Shown here: positions 17,864 to 25,423 of the stretch, piece by piece
Position numbering within the stretch: position 1 is the stretch's first letter
Layout of the letters: every line of letters begins with the position of its first letter
Source of the DNA: Actinomycetota bacterium
Lineage (GTDB): Bacteria > Actinomycetota > UBA4738 > HRBIN12
Reading direction: 5' to 3'
DNA: 30,606 nt
Assembly: GCA_036277855.1 (NCBI GenBank)
Contig: DASUMC010000223.1
Span: 1-30,606, forward strand
Position numbers and translations under genes: made by a program
The notes under the pieces: model-generated
What the model was told of the DNA's origin: nothing
What the model saw: the letters and a program-made list of their open reading frames with translations, nothing else
The model's database searches: none

Positions 17864-19026
17864 GCGAACGCCTTGCGGAGCCGGGCCCCGGCCTCCTCGA
17901 GCGTTTCGACGCGCTTGCAGAACGCGAACCGCACCAGATGCGTCCCGAGCTCCGGACGGGAGAAGAACGAGGAGCCGGGCACGACGGCCACACCGACGTC
18001 CTTCGTCAGCCGGTTCGCGACCTCGACGTCCTCGCCCATCCCGAGGTGCGACACGTCCGCCATCACGTAGTAGGCGCCGCGCGTCGGGTGCGAGCCGAAC
18101 CCCGTCTCCTCGAGGATCCGCAGCAGCGTGTCGCGCCGCTCGAGGTACTCCACCGCGAGCCGCTCGTAGAACGACTCGGGCATCCCGAGCGCGACCACGC
18201 CGGCCTCCTGCAGCGGCGCCGGCGCGGCCACCGTGAGGAAGTCGTGCACCGAGCGGATCCCGCCGGTCAGCACCTCGGGGGCGACGATCCAGCCGACACG
18301 CCACCCGGTCACCGCGTAGGTCTTCGAGAGCGCGCTGATCGTCACGGTCCGATCCTCGAGCCCGGGCACGGCGGCCGGCGGCACGTGGCGGAACCCGTCG
18401 TACGTGATGTGCTCGTAGATCTCGTCGGTGAACACGACCACGTCCCAGCGCTGGCACAGCTCGGCGATCACGCCGAGCTCTTCGCGCGAGAACACCTTGC
18501 CGGTCGGGTTGTTCGGCGTATTGACCACGATGCCGCGGGTCCGCGCATTGAACGCGGCCGCGAGCTCGTTCTCGTCGAACGTCCAGTCCGGCGGCGAGAG
18601 CGTCACGGTGCGAGGCACGGCGCCCGCGAGGATCGTGTCGGGCCCGTAGTTCTCGTAGAACGGCTCGAAGACGACCACCTCGTCCCCCGGGTCGAGGACG
18701 CCGAGCATGGCGGCGATCATCGCCTCGGTCGAACCGCAGGTAACCGTCACATCGCGCTCGGCCTCGACCCATGTCATGTCGTAGCGCGTGCGATACGTCT
18801 CGGCGATGGCAGCTCGGAACGGCTCGGCGCCCCACGTGATCGGGTACTGGTTGATGTCGTCGGCGATGGCCTGTCGTGCGGCTTCCTTGATCTCCTCGGG
18901 TGCGGGGAAGTCGGGGAAGCCCTGTGACAGGTTGATCGCGCCGTGCGCCACCGAGAGCCGCGTCATCTCCCGGATGACCGACTCGGTGAACGAGGAGGCC
19001 CTACGAGAGGGTCGGATCTTCGACAT
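17860..19026 (-). CDS. class I/II PLP-dependent aminotransferase (YbdL / kynurenine-aminotransferase-like)
   Basis: AINLSQGFPDF, NTPNNPTGKV, TDEIYEH, SALSKTYAVTGWRVGW (PLP Lys), VRFAFCK. Confidence 0.93.
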   Translation of the reverse strand: MSKIRPSRRASSFTESVIREMTRLSVAHGAINLSQGFPDFPAPEEIKEAARQAIADDINQYPITWGAEPFRAAIAETYRTRYDMTWVEAERDVTVTCGSTEAMIAAMLGVLDPGDEVVVFEPFYENYGPDTILAGAVPRTVTLSPPDWTFDENELAAAFNARTRGIVVNTPNNPTGKVFSREELGVIAELCQRWDVVVFTDEIYEHITYDGFRHVPPAAVPGLEDRTVTISALSKTYAVTGWRVGWIVAPEVLTGGIRSVHDFLTVAAPAPLQEAGVVALGMPESFYERLAVEYLERRDTLLRILEETGFGSHPTRGAYYVMADVSHLGMGEDVEVANRLTKDVGVAVVPGSSFFSRPELGTHLVRFAFCKRVETLEEAGARLRKAFA

Positions 19027-19138
19027 GACCCGAGGATGCTAGCCGGTCGCGACCTCCCTGCTCACGAACGCTGCGCACGGGATGTGCCTCCAGGAACGGC
19101 AGAGTCTCGATGTCCTGGGGACTTCGAAGAGATTTCAT
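19001..19138 (-). CDS. possible 45-aa small ORF or truncated remnant
   Basis: MKSLRSPQDIETLPFLEAHPVRSVREQGGRDRLASSGHVEDPTLS; its ATG overlaps the phosphatase TGA (ATGA). Confidence 0.3.
   Translation of the reverse strand: MKSLRSPQDIETLPFLEAHPVRSVREQGGRDRLASSGHVEDPTLS
19036..19041 (-). promoter_or_regulatory. -10 box TAGCAT
   Basis: 9 nt before ATG 19026. Confidence 0.5.
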
Positions 19139-19965
19139 TGACCGCTAGGGTGTCCAATCTCTTTCGAACCCGATAGAACCTCAAACGGATCAGACGCAAG
19201 AGACGCCAGACGCTGCCGGAGGGCCGTCACATCGACCTCCACGGGGTCCGCATGCGGAAACAAAGGTTGCCGATAGTCCAGTGGGTCGTTTCGCTTCTGT
19301 ACGGCCTGGACGATCCAGCGTAGGACTGGTGCGTGTGCAACGATGAGCACAGTACCTTCCGGTCGTTCGAGCATGAGGCCCACAGCGTCAAAGTATCGAC
19401 GGGCCGAATCACGAAGCGTCACGGTCGTCCCTGGCACGGGTGTATCGGCATCGCATGCGTTCATCCAATCGGCAAACGCTTCCACTGGGCCGTCCTCGAA
19501 GATTCCGGCTGGCGGGTCATCGAGTAGCGACGTTCTGACGACCGGAATCGAAAACGCTTTGGCGACGATCTCCGCCGTCTGCACCGCACGGAGCGTTTCG
19601 CTGGTCACGCAGACCTCGACCTTGGAAGTCGCGAGGCGATCCGCGAGTGAGCGAGCCTGAAGGCGTCCCCGGGCTGTCAGAGGCGAGCGCTCAGACGAAG
19701 GGTTGGCGTTGATGAGGCCCTTCACGTTGCATTCGCTCTCGGCGTGCCTCGCGACAAAGAGTCTGTCCACCGGCGCGGAGGGTGACACGAGCCATCGGGC
19801 CCAAGCAAGCCTGGCTTTCGCCAGGGTGCCGACTTCCGGTGGAAGTACCACCAGCGTCCTTCCAGATCGAGTTCGGGAAAAAATGGCCCCCGGGCGGTGC
19901 TCGTCGAGATGCCCGAGTGCCGTGACCGCTATCGCCCCTTCATCGGGCCACGCGGTTGATCGCAC
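19135..19965 (-). CDS. histidine phosphatase superfamily protein (start uncertain; alternative GTG 19770)
   Basis: LFVARHAES (RHG-type motif), SPLTARGRLQA, TSETLRAVQTA, LIVAHAPV. Confidence 0.82.
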   Translation of the reverse strand: MRSTAWPDEGAIAVTALGHLDEHRPGAIFSRTRSGRTLVVLPPEVGTLAKARLAWARWLVSPSAPVDRLFVARHAESECNVKGLINANPSSERSPLTARGRLQARSLADRLATSKVEVCVTSETLRAVQTAEIVAKAFSIPVVRTSLLDDPPAGIFEDGPVEAFADWMNACDADTPVPGTTVTLRDSARRYFDAVGLMLERPEGTVLIVAHAPVLRWIVQAVQKRNDPLDYRQPLFPHADPVEVDVTALRQRLASLASDPFEVLSGSKEIGHPSGQ

Positions 19966-19992
19966 TCACCGGCGGACACCCGGGCGATGCTC

Positions 19993-19998
19993 TAGGCT
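19993..19998 (+). promoter_or_regulatory. -10 box TAGGCT, leaderless-type spacing
   Basis: 7 nt before GTG 20006. Confidence 0.6.
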
Positions 19999-20005
19999 CG
20001 GCGCC

Positions 20006-20791
20006 GTGCGCGAGGACCGCAACCTTCACGATGAGGTTCGCTCCACCTGGGATGAGCTGGCCGCCTTCTGGGACGAGCGCATGGAAGCGGGGTTGACGTG
20101 GCAGCGACACCTCATCCAGCCCGCCGTCGAACGGCTCCTTCGGCTCCAACCCGGAGAACGGGTTCTCGAGATCGCATGCGGGAACGGCGAGTTCGCACGC
20201 CGGATGTCTGAGCTCGGCGGGCAAGTCCTGGCCGTCGACTTCAGCGATGGGATGCTCGAGCGAGCGCGAGTGCACGGCGGAGACATCGACTACCGGCGCG
20301 CGGACGCCATGGACGAGGCGGCCATCCTCGCTCTCGGTGAGCCGGGGTCGTTCGATGCGGTCGTCAGCAACATGGCGATCATGGATATGGAATCCATCGA
20401 GCCCATGGTGGCGGCGTCCTCTCGACTCCTAACACCTGCTGGACGCTTCGTCTTCTCGACGCTGCACCCTGCGTTCAACTCCGGGGACGTGCGCCCCATG
20501 GTCGAGTCCGATATGGAAGGCGGTCTCAGGGAGATCTATTCGGTGAAGGTGTCTTCGTATTCGCGATCCTCCTCCGAGAAGGGTGTCGCCATCCCCGACC
20601 AGCCGGTCGAGCAGTGGTACTTCCATCGGCCGCTCTGGATGATCCTGCAGCCGTTCTTCGACCACAGGTTCGCTCTCGACGGGCTCGAGGAGCCGCTCGT
20701 CGATGCCGAACACGGGAGGCAGGGGACGTCCGGCTTCGTGTACACCCAGGTGCCGGGCGTTCTCGTCGCAAGGTTGCGGCGCACCGTCTGA
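20006..20791 (+). CDS. class I SAM-dependent methyltransferase
   Basis: VLEIACGNG, VLAVDFSDGML, FDAVVSNMAIMD, GRFVFSTLHPAF. Start moved to GTG 20006. Confidence 0.9.
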   Translation: MREDRNLHDEVRSTWDELAAFWDERMEAGLTWQRHLIQPAVERLLRLQPGERVLEIACGNGEFARRMSELGGQVLAVDFSDGMLERARVHGGDIDYRRADAMDEAAILALGEPGSFDAVVSNMAIMDMESIEPMVAASSRLLTPAGRFVFSTLHPAFNSGDVRPMVESDMEGGLREIYSVKVSSYSRSSSEKGVAIPDQPVEQWYFHRPLWMILQPFFDHRFALDGLEEPLVDAEHGRQGTSGFVYTQVPGVLVARLRRTV

Positions 20792-20821
20792 TGCGTTCCG
20801 CCACGGCTGACCCGACCGTTG

Positions 20822-20847
20822 TCGGCCACTCCCGCCCGAGTGGCCGA
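20822..20847. terminator. probable bidirectional terminator hairpin
   Basis: tcggccactc-ccgccc-gagtggccga, 10-bp perfect stem between convergent genes. Confidence 0.65.
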
Positions 20848-20849
20848 AG

Positions 20850-21746
20850 TCAGGCGATCAGCGTGCCGGTGATCTGGTAGTCGGCTCCCGAGGCCACGCA
20901 TCCGAGTTGTGCGGGGAAGCGTTCGAGGAACGTGCCGACGATCTTCGTCGCGCGCCACGCGTCCCGAACCGTTGCGGCCTTCACGACCTCGATCTTGACC
21001 GTGACGGTTCCCGATCCTCGCAGGTCCCCGCACGACGCGAGGCGGGTGGTGGCCGTTCCCTCGTATCGCGGGCCCGTGTTCTCCAGCACGCCCGCGAGGG
21101 CGACACCCTGCGCGTCCTTCCACGTGACGTCGCAGGCGCCCCGGCGGCACTTCGGCTTGAACCTCCAGCCCGACTGGATGTCGCCGGGGAACGAGGAGAA
21201 GCCGTAGTGGGACATGTCGCGAAGGTCCACCGTGAACGTTCCCTCCAGCCGGGCCATCCCGAGCGAGGCGGGCGGGGTCTTCACCCGGATCGGGTCGCTC
21301 TTCAAGGTATCCCCGTCCAGGACGGCTTCGATGACGTACGTGTACCGGACCGCCGGCAGGACCGAGTCGTCCACGAACCGCGTCCGGTTCGGCTCGAGGG
21401 TTGCCAGGCGGTCCCCGTCCCGGTAGACGACCAACTGATCGGCTTCGCCTTCCGGCGCCGCCCACCGCAGCATGACGACGAACGGCCGCGCGGAGGCCTC
21501 GGCGGAGGTGGGCGGAGCGAGCGCGGGTGGCTGCTCCTCGGGGTCGACGCCTCGAGGGGATCGGACGCCCGATCCCTCCTCCCCTCCGAGGACCATGACG
21601 ACGATCAGCAGGGCGGCGACCAGCGTGAACGCCACGAGACCCGCCACCAGGGCGACCCTGGATCTGCGCGGCGGGCGACCCGGCCCGGACGCCGACACGG
21701 GCTCGGGGGGGTTCGGAAGGCCGCTCGGCCTCGTCGGTGTCTGCAC
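20850..21746 (-). CDS. membrane-anchored protein: TM + fibronectin type III domain + Cys-containing beta domain
   Basis: GGGGAGG SD before GTG 21746. TM VALVAGLVAFTLVAALLIVVMVLGG; Fn3 pattern VMLRW..VVYRDG..FVDDSVLPAVRYTYVIEA; C-domain WRFKPKCRRGACDV with two more Cys. Confidence 0.75.
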   Translation of the reverse strand: MQTPTRPSGLPNPPEPVSASGPGRPPRRSRVALVAGLVAFTLVAALLIVVMVLGGEEGSGVRSPRGVDPEEQPPALAPPTSAEASARPFVVMLRWAAPEGEADQLVVYRDGDRLATLEPNRTRFVDDSVLPAVRYTYVIEAVLDGDTLKSDPIRVKTPPASLGMARLEGTFTVDLRDMSHYGFSSFPGDIQSGWRFKPKCRRGACDVTWKDAQGVALAGVLENTGPRYEGTATTRLASCGDLRGSGTVTVKIEVVKAATVRDAWRATKIVGTFLERFPAQLGCVASGADYQITGTLIA

Positions 21747-21810
21747 ACGCCCTCCCCGAAGATCGTCCCCAGGCGGATCGGTACCCGTCGGCGCCGATGC
21801 GCCCTGGGGA

Positions 21811-21816
21811 TACCAT
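21811..21816 (+). promoter_or_regulatory. -10 box TACCAT, leaderless-type spacing
   Basis: 6 nt before GTG 21823. Confidence 0.6.
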
Positions 21817-21822
21817 CGGCAT

Positions 21823-23184
21823 GTGGCGCCGCCCGATGAAGTCCTTCCTTCGAGCCGCGTGCTCGGAGCGGAGATGCCCGATGGGGTTCGCTTCGTCGGC
21901 CCGCCGCCGGGGCGCGAGCCCGCGTGGCCGCTCCCGGTCGACGCGCCTGCCGACGAGGACCTGGCCGCCTGCGTCGCCTGCGGGTTGTGCCTGCCCCACT
22001 GCCCCACGTACCGGGTCACCGGTGAGGAGTCGGCATCTCCACGCGGGCGGATCACGGCGATGCGTTCGGTCGCGGACGGGCTCGCCCAGCCCAACCAGGC
22101 GTTCGCGCGCTTCATGGACCTCTGCCTCGCGTGCCGAGCGTGCGAGGACGTCTGCCCGTCGCACGTGCCGTTCGGTCGGATGATGGAGCGCGCTCGCGTC
22201 CAGATCGAGCCGCTCCGTACCCGGCGGGCCAGGTTCCTGCGGTGGCTCGGGCTCGACGTCGCGCTGCCGCGCAAGAAGGTCCTGTGGCTGCTCGCGGCGC
22301 TCCAGCCGATCGGACGTGTCGCGCTCCCCCGCAGCGTCCGCGCGCTCACGCCGAAGCGCTCCGAGCTGTTCCGCCGGCTGCCGGCGGTGACCGAGCCGGT
22401 TGGTGACGAGCGGGGCACCGTCGCACTGCTGAGCGGGTGCGTGCAGGACCGGTGGTTCCGCGAGGTGAACCGCGCCACGATCAGGGTGTTGGCGCGCAAC
22501 GGTTGGCGCGTCGTCGTTCCACGCGACCAGGCGTGCTGCGGGGCGCTCGCGGCACACCACGGTCGCATCGACACCGCTCGAACGCTCGCCGAGCGCAACC
22601 TGCGCGCGTTCGAAGGCGTCGACGTCGTGGTGACGAACGCGGCGGGGTGTGGCGCGCATCTGCAGGAGCTCGGCGACCTGATCGCGACCGACGAGGCACG
22701 CTCGTTCGCGAGCAAGGTCCACGACGTGATGGAGCTCCTGCACGACGAGGGGCTCGTTCGCCCGCCGACGGGCCGGCCGGGGTTCGAGCGCGTCGCCTAC
22801 CACGACGCGTGCCATGCGCTTCGCGTGCAGCATCTCCGCGAGCAGCCGCGCGCGTTGCTGCGGGCGGTCGAGGGTATCGAGGTACTCGACGTCCCGGGCG
22901 GTGACGTCTGCTGCGGGGCCGCCGGACTCTACAACGTGCTCGAGCCCGAGATGTCCTCCGAGCTCCGCCGCCGGAAGGCGGAAGCGGTCGCGTCGACGGG
23001 CGCCGCCGTCGTCGCGAGCGCGAATACCGGGTGCACGATGCAGTTCGTGGCCGGTCTGCGCGAGATCGGATCGCCGATGAACGTGCTGCATCCGATCCAG
23101 ATCCTGGACCGCGCGTACGCGGCCGCGTCACCGGAGGCGGCCCCGGCCGCCCCCGGCGGGCCGTCTCAGATCCCGAGCGCCTGA
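21823..23184 (+). CDS. glcF: (Fe-S)-binding protein, glycolate oxidase iron-sulfur subunit GlcF
   Basis: CVACGLCLPHCP and CLACRACEDVCP ferredoxin motifs; CCG domains (SGC..CCG..AAGCG; YHDACH..CCGAAG..NTGC). Confidence 0.9.
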   Translation: MAPPDEVLPSSRVLGAEMPDGVRFVGPPPGREPAWPLPVDAPADEDLAACVACGLCLPHCPTYRVTGEESASPRGRITAMRSVADGLAQPNQAFARFMDLCLACRACEDVCPSHVPFGRMMERARVQIEPLRTRRARFLRWLGLDVALPRKKVLWLLAALQPIGRVALPRSVRALTPKRSELFRRLPAVTEPVGDERGTVALLSGCVQDRWFREVNRATIRVLARNGWRVVVPRDQACCGALAAHHGRIDTARTLAERNLRAFEGVDVVVTNAAGCGAHLQELGDLIATDEARSFASKVHDVMELLHDEGLVRPPTGRPGFERVAYHDACHALRVQHLREQPRALLRAVEGIEVLDVPGGDVCCGAAGLYNVLEPEMSSELRRRKAEAVASTGAAVVASANTGCTMQFVAGLREIGSPMNVLHPIQILDRAYAAASPEAAPAAPGGPSQIPSA

Positions 23185-23549
23185 CGCGCCTTCGCGTTGT
23201 CGCTCGTGACCGCGACGGAGCGGTTCTTGGTCGCGAGGTATGCGACCTGGATGTTCACGCCGGCGTCGGCCATGGCGCGGGCCATCTCACCCATCGCACC
23301 GGGGCGATCGACCCGATCCGCGGGGAACTCGGAGACCAGGGGTTCGGCCTCGCCCTCGACCTTGATGCCGGCGCCCTCGAGCGCCGCCCGAGCCGCTGCG
23401 GCGTCCTCGATCAGCAGGTGGACGATCGCACGTCCCTCGCTGCTGACGGCGCAGAGTCCCTCGATGTTGATCCCGGCCTTCCCGAGCGCCTCGCCAAGAT
23501 CTGCAAGGGTCCCAGGCCGGTCCTCGAGGGAGACCGTGAGGTCCTTCAT
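23166..23549 (-). CDS. double ACT-domain protein (paralog 1)
   Basis: LEDRPGTLA..GINIEG and DRPGAMGEM..GVNIQ ACT repeats. AAGGAGG SD before ATG 23549. Confidence 0.88.
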   Translation of the reverse strand: MKDLTVSLEDRPGTLADLGEALGKAGINIEGLCAVSSEGRAIVHLLIEDAAAARAALEGAGIKVEGEAEPLVSEFPADRVDRPGAMGEMARAMADAGVNIQVAYLATKNRSVAVTSDNAKARQALGI

Positions 23550-23581
23550 CGGCACCTCCTTGTTCGGTCCGTCCAGGGCAC

Positions 23582-23610
23582 GGTCTACGCCCGCTCCCCC
23601 GACAAGTCAA
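23582..23610 (-). promoter_or_regulatory. promoter TTGACT-N17-TAGACC
   Basis: -35 at 23605-23610, -10 at 23582-23587, then the SD of ACT paralog 1. Confidence 0.6.
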
Positions 23611-23625
23611 CCCGTCATGTGGGGC

Positions 23626-24006
23626 TCACGCCCCGAGCGCCGAGCGCAACCCCGCCGGATCGTCGGACGAGAACACGACCCGGGACCGGGAAGCCACGTA
23701 GCAGGCGGCGAGGTTCACGCCGGCGTCCGCGATCGACTGCGCGAGGTCGCCCAGCTTGCCGGGACGGTCCTCGCTCGAGACGTCGACGACCACCGCCTCG
23801 CGCTCTCCCTCGATCGTGACCCCAGCGCCCTCGAGCGCGGTCCGGGCGGCGCCCGCGTCCTCGACGAGCAGGTGGACGTGCCCGTGGCCGCCACCCCCGA
23901 GACCCGCGATGCCCTCCACGTTCACCCCGGCCGCCCCGAGCGCCTTCGCGGCCTTCGCGAGCCCACCCGGCTCGTCGGGCAGCGAGATCGACAGATCGGT
24001 CGCCAT
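23626..24006 (-). CDS. double ACT-domain protein (paralog 2)
   Basis: LPDEPGGLA..GVNVEG and EDRPGKLGDL..GVNL. AAGGAGG SD. Confidence 0.88.
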   Translation of the reverse strand: MATDLSISLPDEPGGLAKAAKALGAAGVNVEGIAGLGGGGHGHVHLLVEDAGAARTALEGAGVTIEGEREAVVVDVSSEDRPGKLGDLAQSIADAGVNLAACYVASRSRVVFSSDDPAGLRSALGA

Positions 24007-24035
24007 CCGGACCCTCCTTTCGACGCGTGGGAGCG

Positions 24036-24065
24036 GTCCTATCCCGGCGGGGACCGCCGCGTCAA
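24036..24065 (-). promoter_or_regulatory. promoter TTGACG-N18-TAGGAC, overlapped by a GCGGTCC-N11-GGACCGC inverted repeat
   Basis: -35 at 24060-24065, -10 at 24036-24041; inverted repeat 24033-24057. Confidence 0.55.
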
Positions 24066-24070
24066 GCCGC

Positions 24071-24076
24071 TAGCAT
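24071..24076 (+). promoter_or_regulatory. -10 box TAGCAT, leaderless-type spacing
   Basis: 7 nt before GTG 24084. Confidence 0.6.
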
Positions 24077-24083
24077 CGCGCGC

Positions 24084-24836
24084 GTGCGTGTGGCCGACAG
24101 ATGGTTCGAGCACGAGACGGTCGACGACGGCGTCCTGCGCATCCACGAGCCGAACGTCGACCCCTTCCTGCAGGCGAACCTGTTCCTGGTCCGAGGGCGC
24201 GACCGCGACCTCCTCGTCGACACCGGCCTGGGGATCGGGTCGCTGCGGGCCGAGCTGGCCGACGTGTTCGAACGGCCGACGATCGCGGTCGCGACGCATC
24301 GGCACTTCGACCACACCGGTGGGCTGCACGAGTTCGAGGAGATCGTCGTGCACCGCGACGACGCCGATGCGGTCGCGAACGCGGACGGCTTCGCCTCGCT
24401 CGTGATCGAGGATTACCCGCCCGAGGAGCTCTCGGGGTACGACCCGCCTCCTTCATTGCTCATCGCGCTTCCGCGTGAGGGCTACGAGCTCGCGTCCTAC
24501 GCGGTGCCGGCCGTGACCCCGACCCGCGTCGTGGAGGAGGGCGACGAGATCGACTTGGGGGATCGACGTTTCGAGGTCCTGCACCTGCCGGGCCACACGC
24601 CGGGCGAGCTCGGGCTGTGGGAGGAGGCGACCCGCACGCTGTTCTCGGGCGACTGCGTGTACGAGAGCGGCATCCTGCTCGACGAGCTCCCCGAGTCGGA
24701 CATCCCCGACTACGTCCGCAGCATGCAACGGCTGCGCGAGGTCCCGGTCCGGATCGTGCACGGCGGCCACGACGACTCCTTCGGCCGGGACCGACTGCTC
24801 GAGCTGATCGACGGGTACGTCCGAACGCGAGCATGA
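24084..24836 (+). CDS. MBL-fold metallo-hydrolase
   Basis: LLVDTG, THRHFDHTGG (HxHxDH), LPGHTPG, LFSGD, GGH. Confidence 0.92.
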   Translation: MRVADRWFEHETVDDGVLRIHEPNVDPFLQANLFLVRGRDRDLLVDTGLGIGSLRAELADVFERPTIAVATHRHFDHTGGLHEFEEIVVHRDDADAVANADGFASLVIEDYPPEELSGYDPPPSLLIALPREGYELASYAVPAVTPTRVVEEGDEIDLGDRRFEVLHLPGHTPGELGLWEEATRTLFSGDCVYESGILLDELPESDIPDYVRSMQRLREVPVRIVHGGHDDSFGRDRLLELIDGYVRTRA

Positions 24837-25423
24837 AGCCCACCTTCTTCGCGACCCGCCGGGAGCTCCGCGCGTGGCTGGACGAGCACCACGACGCCGC
24901 CACCGAGCTATGGATCGGGCTCTACAAGAAGGGCTCCGGCCGCCCCAGCATCACGTGGTCGGAGGTCGTGGACGAGGCCCTGTGCTTCGGTTGGATCGAC
25001 GGGACTCGGCGCGGCATCGACGAGCAGAGCTACATGAACCGGATCACACCGCGGACGCCGAACAGCAACTGGAGCGCGAGGAACACACGACGATTCCACG
25101 AGCTCGAGGACGAGGGACGCGTCCAGCCAGCAGGACGGCGTGCGTTCGACCAGCGCCGCGAGGACAGGACGGCCGTGTACTCGTACGAGCAACGGTACGA
25201 GGTGAGACTCGACCGAGGGTTCGAGCGCCGTTTCCGAGCGAACAAGGGCGCCTGGGCTTGGTTCGACGCCCAGCCCGAGGGTTACAAGGCGACGGCACGC
25301 TACTGGGTGATGAGCGCGAAACGGCTCGAGGCCCGCGAGCGACGCCTTGCGACGCTCATCGAGGACTCCGCGAAGGGTCGGCGCGGCGGGCCGCTGCGAC
25401 GGCCGGACCGCGGTCAGAGGTAG
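24833..25423 (+). CDS. YdeI/OmpD-associated family protein
   Basis: FFATRRELRAWL, EALCFGWIDG, TPRTPNSNWS, WVMSAKR..RERRL. ATGA overlap with the MBL gene. Confidence 0.88.
   Translation: MKPTFFATRRELRAWLDEHHDAATELWIGLYKKGSGRPSITWSEVVDEALCFGWIDGTRRGIDEQSYMNRITPRTPNSNWSARNTRRFHELEDEGRVQPAGRRAFDQRREDRTAVYSYEQRYEVRLDRGFERRFRANKGAWAWFDAQPEGYKATARYWVMSAKRLEARERRLATLIEDSAKGRRGGPLRRPDRGQR

Larger units (their letters stand above)
19050..20800. other. compositionally atypical (lower-GC) islet
   Basis: Hand-counted 60-mers: 31/60 (19141), 35/60 (19261), 38/60 (20401), 32/60 (20521) G+C versus 48/60 (17581) and 47/60 (18181) in the flank. Boundaries approximate. Confidence 0.7.

Noticed and set aside
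19040-20850. Prophage or IS origin for the low-GC islet
   Set aside because: No transposase, integrase, terminal inverted repeats or target duplication visible.
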